Source: Octopus vulgaris
Taxonomy: Eukaryota
Assembly: GCA_951406725.2 (NCBI GenBank)
Contig: OX597815.1
Span: forward strand, 212,536,001-212,600,000
Direction of reading: 5' to 3'
Length of the DNA stretch: 64,000 bases
How positions within the stretch are numbered: position 1 is the first letter of the stretch; each line of letters starts with the position of its first letter. Under the pieces are notes generated by a model. The model was not told the DNA's origin, made no database searches, and saw only the letters and a program-made list of their open reading frames with translations. Both the position numbers and the translations under genes were made by a program. Below, in pieces: positions 12,541 to 25,525 of this stretch.

Positions 12541-14266
12541 TTGTCTGCTTGCATTGACATAACGTGATGGTTGTCAAGGAGAGTTACCATCATGCAAAGG
12601 GAGTCCTTCATTTCCAATAATATGTCTGATCATTTGGAAGTAGGTGTGGGTTCACAGCAGGAAGGTCACCTGCCTCAACAAAATTTTGTCCAACCCATGG
12701 AAATTAAAGTGGTGGTGGTGGTGGTGCAAAAGACAATGAGGTTCATGTTTTGAATGCTTTTGAATATAGGTCTGCTCAATAAAGGGCTGATCTGATAAGA
12801 AGAGCTCAACAACAACAACATAAGCCTGTTTTAGTATTATAGGGTCATATTCATTATTTGCATGAAGACTGGACATGAAAACAAGTGAGAGGAGCAACAA
12901 AATGTGATGGGTTTGAGAGTAGATGCAGTGTTTGCCGATTCATCTGGATTGAAGAAACACAACTACACAGATTCTGTAAAAAGCTGAAGATTTTCCCAGA
13001 AAAACACACTAAAAATTCAATAACACATTTCAAAAAGAACAGAGTACTCAATGGCCATGCATTCTTTGATAGATCTCTTACAAAAATCCACTTTTCTTAG
13101 TCTGTCTTAGGAAGTATTTTCTTATAAGTAGTGCAAGCCACAGTTTTAGCTAAATAAAAGTACAACTCCTGGAAAGTCATTTGGTGTTATTCCTTTATGG
13201 CATTTAGCAAGGTAAGATATGGGGAAAATACAACCAGAACAATTGTCTCTATTTGTACATTTGGCAATAAATCAGCAAAAAAACAAATTTATGATAATGG
13301 GGCATCATTAGGAAATTTGGAGAAGTCAGTCTAACTAGCAAACGTCATAAATTCACTTGTAACAATTTTACTTCTTATAATAATCATGTAATTTTTGTGT
13401 TGTTAAATACTTCAGAATAAAAGAGTGTGTGTATATCATTTCTAAAAACAATCTCCTCTATATAGATTACCCCATAACGTGTGTTTAAAATAATCAAACA
13501 ACAAAGGTGATTACACTCAATGCAAAAAGTACATTCCAAAAGGTTTGGGCCATTATTTTTTTATCTTTATATTTTTTTTAAAGAGTTAATAATTTTTAAG
13601 AAAATCTTTCTGCAAATATTATGACTGTATCAAGTTTTTTTTGTTTTTTTTTTAACTTTTAAATATCTTAATATACATGCATTATAAACTTGATTTTCAC
13701 TTACATAAACAGGAGATTCTTGGGGCGAAAACACCATAAGACAACCCTCTGGAATAAAATGAGAAATAAATAAAGAATGTTTTATTGTTCAAATACAAAT
13801 GTAGATGACAACAAAAAAAAAAAAGAAAGAACTCACAATTTTCCACCAAAACAAATAGAAAGCAAACACAGAAAAAAAAGCAATAATGAAGCAATATAAA
13901 GCTTTTTATAAGAGAGACACACCCAAAAAACAATAAAAAAAATAAGGATGATTCAAATTTGAATGAAAGTTATGTACACTGACATCATATGTGTATACAA
14001 TCAACTAAACTATGTATTATTTATGTGGGAGGATCTGTGAGAATCGTAAAAGGAGATAAAAACTTGCTAGGTTTTAAAAATTGAATGTTTTTTTTTAAAT
14101 CTAAATATTCTAAACTTGTCAAACATCATGGCAAAGACAGAGAATTATACATGGATGCAAAGGGGGTGGATTTCAATAACAATTGAAGTGGGGAAGAATT
14201 GGTATTTATCAATTTGAGGACCACTAGACTCAACAACATAGTATTCTAACAGTAAATCATTAATTA

Positions 14267-14712
14267 AGGCTGCAAGCTGGTAGAATTGTTATCATGCTGG
14301 GCAAAATGCATTTTGTCCATCTTTAAGTTCTGAGTTCAAAATTCCATCAAGGTTGACTTTACCTTTCATCCTTTTGGGGTTGATAAAGTAAGTACCAGTT
14401 GAGCACAGGGGGTCGAAGTAATCGACTTACCTTCACTCCCGAACTTGCTGGCCTTTTGCCAAAATTAGACATCAATATTAAATTGTTAGTTAAAGTGGCG
14501 AACTTGGCAGAAGAATTAGTATGCCAGGCAAAATGCTTAGTGGAATTTCATCCATCTTTATGTTCTGAGTTCAAATTCTGCTGAGATTGACTTTGCTTTT
14601 ATGCTTTCAAGGTCAATAAAATAAGAACCATTTGAACACTGGAGTCAACATAAATGACTTAACCCCTCCCCTAAAATGACTGGCCTACTGCCAAAATTTG
14701 AAGCCAATATTA
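14267..14712 (+). mobile_element. Two tandem SINE family C copies
   Basis: Two head-to-tail units of ~215 bp, each with GAGTTCAAATT and the central domain. Confidence 0.8.
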
Positions 14713-14740
14713 AATCACAAATTAATATTTTGTTTTCTGA

Positions 14741-15077
14741 GACCCCCTTTGGTCATGACAGAGACCATGGGATTGCACCTAGAAAGTTACCCTCCCAGGC
14801 ACAAGTCCGGGCAAGATTGTTTATGGAAGACCATCAGTCGCCCATGCATACCAGCCTCTCCTCTCCACGCCACCAGTGTTATCCAAGGAAAAGCAAAGGG
14901 GCCGATACAGCTTGGCACCTGTGACGTCGCAACTCATTTCTACAGCTGAGTGAACTGGAGCAACGTGAAATAAAGTCTCTTGCTCAAGAACACAACACGC
15001 GGCCCGGTCTGGGATTTGAGCTCACAACCTCACGATCATAAGCTCGACACTCTAACCACTGAGCCATGTGCCTTCAC
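14741..15077 (-). mobile_element. SINE family B (tRNA-Arg-like head, CORE domain)
   Basis: Near-identical to 30869-31206; A box TGGCTCAGTGG and CORE-like TTCTTGAGCAAG...CTCCAGTTCACTCAGCTGTAGAAATGAG. Confidence 0.88.
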
Positions 15078-15409
15078 ATCATGGATTTTGTTTTATCGTC
15101 AGTGATACTAGGAATGACAGACACTTTTATTTGGAAAACTTCTGTTTGGATGTTTTCTGAAGAGAAAATTCCTATCTGAGACACTGATTTAAGAGAATGT
15201 TTATAAGAGTGGTAACAAATTGACTTACTAATGAGAAATTACAAGATGGCAGAGTTAAGGTTAGAAGAGGAAAGTTGGGAGAGGGGGGGGGGGACAGGGT
15301 TAATGAAATAAAAGTATTTCTGCTCCAGGAATTGATGTTGTGCCAAACATATACTACACTGAAACTTCCAAAGATTATTTACAGATTGTGAGTATGCAAT
15401 GCCTGCAGT

Positions 15410-15700
15410 GTCATCACCATCATCATCATCATCATCATCAACCATCAGCTTTCCATGCTGGCATGGGTTGGACAGTTTGACAGGATCCAATAAGCCACAG
15501 GCCTGTGTAGTGCTCCAGGGTCTGCTTTGGCACAGTTTCAATGGCTGGATACTTTTCCTAATACCAACCACTTTACAAGGTGTACTGGATGCTTTTTATC
15601 ATGCCGCTAGCCTTGGTGAAGGTTGCTAAGTAACTTGCAAGACAGAAGAAAATAAAAAGGAAATGCCTCCTTGGTTCAGTGGGGGGAGGGGGTGCATTTG
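15410..15700 (-). mobile_element. Family R-related element, older
   Basis: (CAT)n followed by TTTCCATGCTGGCATGGGTTGGA. Confidence 0.7.
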
Positions 15701-16979
15701 ACGATTTGGCACTAGATTCTAATTTTAAGTATTCAAATTTGAATTAACCTCATGGGCATTATTAAATTTAAAACAAAAAAAAAGACAAGCCTTTACATTG
15801 TTAAACTGCAATAATAAAAATACTGAATGAAACAGCATGCACAGACCAGCCATCCAGATCAAGGACAACAATAAAAGACAATAAAAGACACAAAAAGCCA
15901 ATTAGCAACGTTTGGTTCAGTTCTAAGATTGCAAAGTTTTGAACAAGTTTTTTTTTTTTTTTTTTTTTTTTGATTTTGATTTTGATTTTATCGACAAATA
16001 CATAACCTGCTTAATAACTATGCTTAACCTGAAATGAAAAAGAGTTGAAAGACAAAAGTAATTTTATAAAAAAAAGAAAGGAGAAAAAAGAACAATGCAT
16101 GAGCAATGATAAAAAGATATTTTTATTGCAAGCTAAACAAACAAGCTATTTATCATATTTTGTTAAAATCAAACATTAATTGGAAAAAACAACAGTGTAA
16201 TTGATTGATTGATGAAAAGATGGATGGATGGAGACAGACAGACAGACATTAGATTGATATAAACAGATATAAATACATAATCACTTCAGTTTCAACACAC
16301 GGTCCTAGTCCAAATCACTTACCAGGCAAACACAACTGATGCACAAACACACACAAACAAGCATACACTTGCATACACATATACACTCATGCACACACAC
16401 ATACAAACAAAGAATACATTCACATTAAGGGCCTCATTTTGCTTGTTATAGTCACAATACTTTAGCTGTTGTATCCTCTGGCCATCTTCAGGGGCCTGCT
16501 GTATTCAGTACTATGAAGCAGTGTAATAGTGTACATAAGCATTGATTTAGTGCAAAGTGCAATAGTTAAGATAGTGGACATAAATTATATATATATATAT
16601 AATTGATAAAGGAAACAGAAAATAGATGTAGTACGAATCTTTATTCTTCCATTTCCTTTATAAATTACAAACTCAACAAACACTGCAGACTTCTTGACAT
16701 AAATCCACTGAAAATTGTATCATTACTGTGGATGACATCAGGTAGCCCAAATAGTGAATGTGCTTTAACCAACATACTAACAGACATATATCTCAATTAC
16801 AAGTAGTTATTTATATATATATGTATATATATATATATATATAAAACAAAACAGGAAATATTTTTGGTGTTATTCATTCCCCATTACATGCTTCATTTAC
16901 TAAAAGGAATTTAAAAGTCTTACAAGTTAGATAAACACGTAAAGAATTTCCTATTTACCCTAACTACCTACACAATATA

Positions 16980-17024
<45 letters not shown>

Positions 17025-17026
<2 letters not shown>

Positions 17027-17590
17027 GAATACAAAAAATGGGACAAGAATGCAAAACATGCAGACAGATGATACAAAAAAAGGGACAATAAAACATCCAG
17101 ACAGGGGATACAAAAAAGGGACAAGAAAAAACAAGGATGGGTCATTCGAAGTTTTCTTTCCTCAGTCAAGTTCCAGATTATCTTTGCAATTTCAGCTGGT
17201 TATACTCGAGATTGCTCCAATCTGGCCAGCCCCAAGGAAAAACTAAGATAAGAGCACTAGATTCCTTGGAAGAATGCAGCAAATGTATACAAAAACAAGG
17301 ACGGGGGGAGGGGGCGGACAGAGAAATGTCACACAAATGCAAATAACAGGACATTAACAACAGGTGTCTTTCAACTAAGGACGAATTAAATTAAGCTGGT
17401 GTGTGTGGAAGTGAAGAAGCCTTACAGCAGGGACATAAGAGATGACAGGCATGGGGAGGAATATAGATGTTGCAAGGATGGTAGTTGAACCAAGAAAGAA
17501 AGGTCAGGCTTGGCCGAACACAGGTCATGTGGAGAGAGAGGAGGGAGGTAGAGGAATAGAAGAATTAGAGAGAGACTAGAAAAAAGGAAA
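17025..17590. mobile_element. Unclassified (possibly Penelope-like) element between (TA)n and (TG)n tracts
   Basis: Bounded by microsatellites, with an internal duplicated GATACAAAAAAGGGACAA and hairpin+GAAA motifs on the minus strand. Confidence 0.35.
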
Positions 17591-17595
17591 AGGGA

Positions 17596-17637
<42 letters not shown>

Positions 17638-17920
17638 CAATATGTAAACAAAATTGTTTTGTTTTTTGTATCTTTTTGCTTTTGGAATCGTCAAATGTGT
17701 ATCATGTCATACAGACAAGAAAGTAATATTTCAAATAATAGTATAGATGTAAAAACACAGCAGAAAGATTGGGTATTTTACCCTTGTATGACGCCTACAC
17801 TGCATTCAAAATATCACTTACTTGTCTGCATGAGATACACACACACACACACACACAAACATGTGTAGTGTTAGCTGTTTGTTAAAGGAGTACTCAACAC
17901 CATCAACACCATAGCAGAGA

Positions 17921-18200
17921 CAGTTCTATATTTAAGAGATGAGGAATTATGTACACTATTTACATTATTTACATTCGACAGGCATATGGCATAGTGGTTA
18001 AGAGCGCAGGCTACTAACTCCAAGATTCTGAGTTCAATTCCAAGCAGTGACCTGAACAATAATAATAACATCAAAAAATACCTTAGGAATGAGAACCCAG
18101 GTTCAAAGACACCTGAAGAAGGCTGGAGGGTATATCAGCCAAAACGTTGTGTTAACAACAAACAAGATGAAGACAAACATCCGTTGAATGTAAAGAATGT
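17921..18200 (+). mobile_element. tRNA-headed retroelement with Penelope-type hammerhead ribozyme
   Basis: 13-bp TSD ACCATAGCAGAGA (17908-17920, 18201-18213); A box 17987-17997, B box 18032-18041; hammerhead fold 18108-18153; inverted 5' segment. Confidence 0.8.
18108..18153 (+). ncRNA. Minimal type I hammerhead ribozyme motif (G12>A mutant copy)
   Basis: Helix I GACAC/GTGTT, core CTGAAGA, helix II GGCTG/CAGCC, AAAA in place of GAAA, palindromic ACGT helix III, NUH triplet GTT. Confidence 0.72.
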
Positions 18201-18323
18201 ACCATAGCAGAGATTAAGATATTTTGGTCGAGTCCTAACTTGTCTGAAGATCTTGTGTAGCTACAGGTGAGATTCAATGTAGCAAGAGACTGGCTTACTC
18301 AAAATAATGATTACACGCATGCA

Positions 18324-18368
<45 letters not shown>

Positions 18369-19519
18369 GTGTGTGTGTAAAACCCACACACATACACATT
18401 GGTTCAAGCAGAATGTGAGAACAAGCAGAGGGGTAATAATTAGGAAAATATTCCTAGGGTGGACAATGGAATGTGAATTAATCTATTGCAATAAACTTTA
18501 GTAAAGGGAGCAGTTTCAAATTCCAAAAATGTTACCAAATGCATCAGGCAAACTGAAGAATGCCAGAGAATAGAACAACTGAAACTCTGTGACTGTAATA
18601 ACCAAGATGACGATGCTAAGTCCAAATATATCAGAGAAGTAATGACAATTCCTCGTCTCAGAAATTCAGACAATATCTACATGTGTGCACATGTACACTG
18701 TCAAAAACACACAAATATATGTCAAATACAGGACATAGACGTTGAATGATTATGTTGACGATCATGATGTCAATGATGATGATGACAATGATGTCCACAT
18801 ACAAAAAAAATATATACACACACACACATACCTACAGATACATTCATATATTCAAACGCACACTTATATATGTACACATACTAACATTATTATTGTTTTA
18901 ACATGTAGTTTTCCATGAGTAGGATAGAGTTTATTGTGGCAGATATTTCTAAAGACAGATGCTCATCCTGTCTCCAACACCCAACTGTTTCCCCCAGGAG
19001 GGTAATATTTCCCCTTGGCCAGAAATGTTTACACAGAATATTGGAAATGACAATGCTTCTACGACAGCAACACTCACAACAATTGCATGATGCCAAAACA
19101 AGGAAACACAAACGTACACATATATATCGACAGATATGCTTACACACACATACATATGCACATACACACATGCACACACATGCACATGCACACAACAGGC
19201 GTTTTTCAATTTTTGTCCATCAAATCCACTCACAAGGCTTTGGAGGACATTTTCCCAAAGTGCCATGTGATGGGCTTGAACCTGAAACCATGTGGTTGGG
19301 AACAAACATCTCAATCATACAGTCACATATGTGTATATAAATATATAAGAGCTAATAATTGGTATATATTTGTTGATAACATAAATTGTGTGTATGTGAG
19401 AGGGAGAGAGAGAAAAAGAGACTTGTTTTTAGTACTGTATTTTATAATTATTTTATTTAATTTCAAGGACATTTTGTAAAATTCATCAATTTATTATAAT
19501 CCTGTAATTAATCTTTTGT

Positions 19520-19730
19520 AATATAAGCACAAGGCCTGGAACTTTGTGGGGAAGGAGTTGTCATTTACATCAACATCAGTGCTCGAATGGTATTTATTTT
19601 ATTGACCCCGAAAGAACGAAATGCAAACTCAACCTTGGTGGAATTTGAACTCAGAATGTAAAGAGCTGGAAAAAATGCTACTAGGCAATTTTTTTCTGGT
19701 GTGCTAACAATTTTATCAGTTTGCCGCCTT
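19520..19730 (-). mobile_element. SINE family C
   Basis: Reverse complement of family C (GGAATTTGAACTCAGAA). Confidence 0.75.
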
Positions 19731-20340
19731 TTTATTATCCACTGATTAACAGTGCTTGAAAGATTAGAGTAAACACAAAATTGCTGCTGTTATTGTTGAT
19801 GTCGTTGTTGTTGCTGCTGCTGCTTAGCCCCCATGGAGGATCCCAAAGGTCAAATACTTCCCAGCCATATCTATTCCACACCAGCACCCTACAGCCAAAA
19901 TGTACCTAGGATTATATTAGCCAGTGTAGCCTTCCCAACATAAGACAGCAGAATGCAATTCAAAGAGTGTTTGACTGCTATTGCTAGCAAGTTAGTATGT
20001 CCCCTTGCATGTTTTTCATTTGGAAATCCATCTGTTTCTTCTCTTTGACTTTACTGAATTATCCTACGAGTTCTTCATTTTATCAGTTTTAACCATACGA
20101 AATGAGGGCACGGTGGTCATTGTGCTAGGCTCCTGGTGAACTTGCTGTGTCTGTATGTGTGATCTCCAATCCCGCCCATGCTCTCTTATGATAATCTATT
20201 AAGGTAACCCACGTGTGGCTGAGTGATTAGAGATATTAACAGCATGCGGTTACAGTGTCTAATCACACTGGAAAATGAACGATATAATTTAACGGATTGT
20301 TTTTAAATGCACTACTGAAAAAATAATCAAATTTGCCTGC

Positions 20341-20371
<31 letters not shown>

Positions 20372-20939
20372 CATATATTCATACATATTTACATACATAC
20401 ACACACATACATTCATATGAGTGTGCGTGTGTGTATGTGTGTGTGTGTAAATGAATATGTATATATTTACATATGCGTGTATGCACACACATGCACACAC
20501 ACACACAACTGTCTAAAACATAACATCAAAACGAAACTAGGCTGACTATTCAAAATACAATAGGAATTATGCCTCTTACAATTAAATATCTTTAATGATA
20601 CACAATTAAAATGATTAAATTTGTAATGCAAGTTTTCTTCCCCCAAACTACAAGAAAGATCATGATGTACAGGTAAGCAGAAATGAATGCTTACAGGTAT
20701 GTGGAAAAAAGTGACAATCCTAATAACTTGTGTCTCATTTATGTGCATGTGCACACACACACACACACACACACATACACACACACCAGCAAGCAGAAAG
20801 ACCAGAAATGTAGGTAATCAGACAGAAAGTATATTTTAGGACAAGTAATATAAAATATAATTATATACTTTTAGAAGATTAAAATATATACATTTTTCTT
20901 TTTTTTTTTTAAATAAAATTATTAATTATATCAAGAAAC

Positions 20940-21390
20940 TCACATTGTAGCCACATGGTTTGGGATTTAGTCCTACTGTGTGGCACCTGGGTACAGGGTC
21001 TTCTGCTATGGCCCCGGGCTGACAATGCCTTGTGCGTGAATTTGGTGAATGGCAACTATGTGGAAGCCTCTAAGTGTGTGTGTGTGTGTGTGCGTGTGTG
21101 TGTGTGCATGTGTGTGTGTGTGCGCACGCGCGCGCACACATGTATGTGCATGTTTGTCCCTTTCACACTATTTGACAACCAATGTTAGTTTGTTTATATC
21201 CCTCTTATATTAATTAGCAGTTTTGACAAAAGGGACAGATAGAATAAGTACCAGATATTTTAAAAACAAGAAAAAAGAAAAAAAAAGTACAAGGGACATG
21301 TTTTTTTTTACTGAAGGTATTAAAGGCAGTGCCCCAGCATGGCCACAGTCCAATGATTGAAACAAGTAAAAAATAAAGAGAGAAAAGAGA
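20940..21390 (+). mobile_element. SINE family A, diverged
   Basis: Head remnant, (TG)n tract and GGCAGTGCCCCAGCATGGCCACAGTC tail. Confidence 0.75.
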
Positions 21391-22384
21391 TCAATACCTG
21401 TAATTTTTTCTCTTTCCATGACAGTTTTTGCTTTATTAAAAAACTAGTGCCATAGTAGTTTCCAACAGTAAGCATATGTCAGGTAAAAATATATCGTTAA
21501 GATACATCAAACATGTAAAATGAATTTAATGATGTTCAGAATATCCGAAAGACAGGTGGAGTTAATGCTCAGTATATACAACTTCCTTATAGCACTTGTA
21601 TAGTTTTCCACATAAACAGAACACAATAGTGCACAGGTAAAAATCCGTGGCAAATTGTTTTCAAAAAGAGGCAGAAAGGTAAAAATACAGGTAAAAACAT
21701 AACACCTGACAGTGTATGGTTTGTTTCATTCTGCAAGCCAGCCATGTTTCAGTTTACACAGACAATACTTAGAACAGGTTGTAAAAATAACCAGCTCATA
21801 AACAACAACCACAACAACAAAAGCAACACAACACCATGTAAAATCAGGGAAGACTGCAAGTAAAGACAATCATCATATGTGTGTGCACATGTGTGTATGT
21901 GAGAGAGAGAGAGAGAGAGAGGGGGAGAGAGGGAGAGTTGGCTGGCTGGTTGGATAGTTGGAAGGCTCTATATGTAAGTATATAAAAACATTTCCATGTA
22001 TGTATATCTGAAGAGAAGAGAGTGCACATATACAGAAAAACATACAATATATGCATATATATATATATATATATTTTTTTTTTTTTTATAAATATATATA
22101 TATATATATATATATTAGCATATAAATAAACATATAAGTGTGTGTGTGTATGAATGTGGGTGGCTGTGTATTATGTGGGTGGGGTGGATGTGGGTGGGGT
22201 GGATGTGGGTGGGGTGGACGGGTGTGTTAGAGTGTGTGTGTGTGTAAAATCAACGGCTACCACAGAATAATGTACCATGATCTTACAGGGAACACACATT
22301 ATTCACACATCCAAACAAAGGACTAAAGAAGTAAGAAAATTTTTTTTTGTTTTGCTAAAGAACATTTATTAATGTATTTGTAAA

Positions 22385-22442
22385 TACACACACATGTGTA
22401 TATATATATATACATATATATATATATACACACACACACATG

Positions 22443-22482
<40 letters not shown>

Positions 22483-22518
22483 TACATGTATATATATATA
22501 TATATACACACACACATG

Positions 22519-22552
<34 letters not shown>

Positions 22553-22674
22553 TGTATATATATACACACACACACATACATGTATATATATATACACACA
22601 CACACACACATGTATATATATACACACACACACATACATGTATATATATATACACACACATATGTATATATATG

Positions 22675-22719
<45 letters not shown>
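22385..22719. repeat. Compound (TA)n(CA)n-CATG higher-order microsatellite
   Basis: About ten ~25-45-bp units of (TA)n(CA)nCATG; continuous purine/pyrimidine alternation. Confidence 0.95.
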
Positions 22720-22721
<2 letters not shown>

Positions 22722-23432
22722 GAAAGGAAGGGAGTAAATTATTCAATGCCAGCCAAAATAACCCAGACAGCTACTATGTTAATTGTTTTTTAAAATGTAA
22801 ACCGATTACACACCTAAGAAGCTTAGAAGCATTTCTCACCTCCCTCTCTGGAGCAACCCATCTTTGCTTCTCTTTTGTTTGCTTTTGTTTCGTTTTAATT
22901 TTGTGCACAAGTGTGTGAGTGTTGCATGCAAGTGCGCATGTATGAAACATATGCATCTGAAACACACACACACACACACACACATTGTGCAGCTCACAAT
23001 AGTGTTTGTGTGTGTTATGTGTATGTGTGCATTGAAAATAGAGAGGTATGAGAGAGCCATAGGTGAGAGTCAGTTGATATAAATTAGCTGTCCGTTTTTT
23101 ATGTGATTCATAAAAGGCAACAGAGTGGAGAGAATATATCAAAGAAGAAATAGGTGAAACTGTATAAGGTCAGTAAAAACAAGACTAATTTTGGTTCCTG
23201 GTGAAATCTAAAAGTGGAAACTTCAATTCAGCAAACCGGTTAAGTTTTTCAATAATATTAGATCATTTGTGGGTATATTTAAATTAGGAACTCAAGTTGA
23301 ATATATAACTTACTTAATTCAGTTAATATAAACTCTAAAGATATGGTGTGTGAGAGAGAGAGAGACCTTTATAAGCAACAGGTTTGATATTTAGCATTAA
23401 TAAGAGAGTGGGGGTAGCAATGGTGGTGGTGG

Positions 23433-23474
<42 letters not shown>

Positions 23475-23669
23475 GTGATCCATGCTGAGAAACTGATAGA
23501 AAAAGACAAATTAGTTTCAAAAACTTTGTTGGCTGCTCTGTTCCTTAGTAAAAGTAGAACTCTTCTTTTCAATGTAAACTAAAGAGACAAACGGATGGCA
23601 AAAGCAGCTGTCTTTGCTTAAAGAAAGAAATATTGACGAAAGAAAATAGGAAATGAAGAGAATGATTTT

Positions 23670-23997
23670 AGTAACGTAGGATCAGGCCATAAGGATAAAG
23701 TGGATCAAGGAACATAAAGCAGGATAGTAGAATATGTGACAATAGAGAGGAGAATGTAGCTGATGCTACATCAGAATGCTCACAGTTAGCTCAAAATGAA
23801 TAGTAAAAGTTTAGGCAGGACAAAATTGTTGCAGTAATTCACCAGAATTTTCAGAAGAGGTTTTGTTTTACAGACACAAGAAAGAGTTAAGACTATTTTG
23901 TAGGAAAAGAAATGAAAGTCCTTGAAAATAATTGAGGCTGTTATGTAACTTTCCCATACAAACCAACAGGAGAAGACGGTACCACAAGCCAGATAAG
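23670..23997 (+). mobile_element. R4/Dong-like (RLE-type) non-LTR retrotransposon remnant
   Basis: DQAIRIKWIK, SECSQLAQNE**KFRQDKIVAVIHQ and NFPIQTNRRRRYHKPD match QDQALRT, CxxLAxxEYxxRHD and WDFxIQTD...KPDI motifs. Confidence 0.75.
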
Positions 23998-24029
23998 AAA
24001 ATACCTTGTTACATACGCCTACATAGTAG

Positions 24030-24280
24030 AGGAGCATGGCTTAGTGGTTAGGCTGCTGGACTCATGGTCCTGAGATCGTGGTTTTGATTCTTGGACTGGA
24101 CAATGCTTTGTGTTCTTGAGCAAAACACTTCATTTCACATTGCTCCTGTGATAGACTCGTGTCCCGTCCAAGGAAGGATATATACACCAGAGAAACTAGG
24201 AAACCATCGCTATGCTCCTTACTAATGTGGACTAACCCAGACTCTTGCATAATCAATAACTGGCACTATAACCTATATGC
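24030..24280 (+). mobile_element. CORE-type tRNA SINE, diverged
   Basis: TGGCTTAGTGG A box; TGTGTTCTTGAGCAAAACACTT CORE-like domain. Confidence 0.65.
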
Positions 24281-25525
24281 CATTCAATTCACTTTGTACA
24301 CACTTCTTCTTCTTCTTCTTCTTCTCCAATTCCTTTAACTCCATGTGGAGCAAAAGGAGCCAACAAGAGATTTCCATCATTCAACAAAAATCCTTCGAGG
24401 CAGTGCCCCAGGATGGTTGCAATGTAATGACTGGAACAAGTAAAAGATAAAAGGCCTACAAGTCATTAATTCAACACAGCCTAATCAGTAGATACTGTAC
24501 AGAACCCTCAATAAAACCAATACACAAATCGTACGCCACATGTGAAACACAAACAACCATCCAGCAAGACAATGCAACTCACATTATACAAATTTTATCC
24601 AATAGATGAGAGGCTAAAATAACACCCGCAACATGTGGTCTGGTGGTGAGTAGCCTGAGTTCAATCCCTGGCACGGCAATGCATGTGTAATTTCTTTGTA
24701 TATACAGGTGTTAACAGCATGGTTATGAAACTTGCTTCCCAGCAACATGGTTTCAGGTTCAGTCCTACTGCATGGCATCTTAAGTATCTTGTACTATAGC
24801 CCCCAAGGTGATCAAAGCCTTGTGAATGGATTTGGTAGATGGAAACTAAAAGAAATTTGTTGTGTGTGTGTGTGGTGGGGCTCTCTCTCTCTCTCTCCTC
24901 TCTTTCTCTCTCTCTCTCTCCCCTTGTCTTGATATTGTGGGATTGTTGTAAATGAATGTCATTCATTACCAGTACTCTGGGGGGAGGGGCATCTGGCCAG
25001 AGGGAAATATTACCTTGCTTGGAAACAGGTAAGGGTTGGCAACAGGAAGAGCATCAGGCCATAGAAAATCTGCTTCAGTAAACTAACACATGAAAGCATG
25101 GAAAAGTGGATGTTAAAAATAAAAAGATGAAGATGAAACAAAACAAAACAAAAAAATCTCACAAAAAAGCAAAAAAGACAAAGCTCACATACCTCAAGAA
25201 CACAGAATTGTACCAGGTAGAAACAGTAGAAACTCATAAAATTGTTGAAAACATGATGATAGATAGTAATGGTAGTGGTGCTGATGATGATGATGATGAT
25301 GATGATGGTGCAATAATGAGCAGAGTAAATGGATGTATTTGAAACTACGTAGTTAAATTTTTCACAGTAAATAATAATTAGACGAGGCAAGGATGGTAAG
25401 ACCATAATACCATAATACCTCGGAACATAAAAACAAATCCAAAGTAATCAGAACAAATTTATCAAATTCATAAATAAGTTTTTTTTTTTAACAACAAAAA
25501 ACGGGGATGGGGAGCTACTCTAGAG

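Noticed and set aside
12840-12944. Possible phase-1 exon after tttcttcaatccag (DESANTASTLKP...)
   Set aside because: No donor before the stop and no recognisable homology, so the next coding exon was not identified.
18890-19479. Cluster of 101-141 aa ORFs
   Set aside because: Composed of SINE fragments and (CA)n-like low-complexity sequence.
22323-22918. Overlapping 113-174 aa ORFs in all frames
   Set aside because: Artefacts of stop-free (TA)/(CA) microsatellite.
25193-25418. Possible minus-strand exon ending GAG|gtatgt
   Set aside because: Weak GAG acceptor, contains (CAT)n, and gives no credible peptide; cannot be supported without RNA data.
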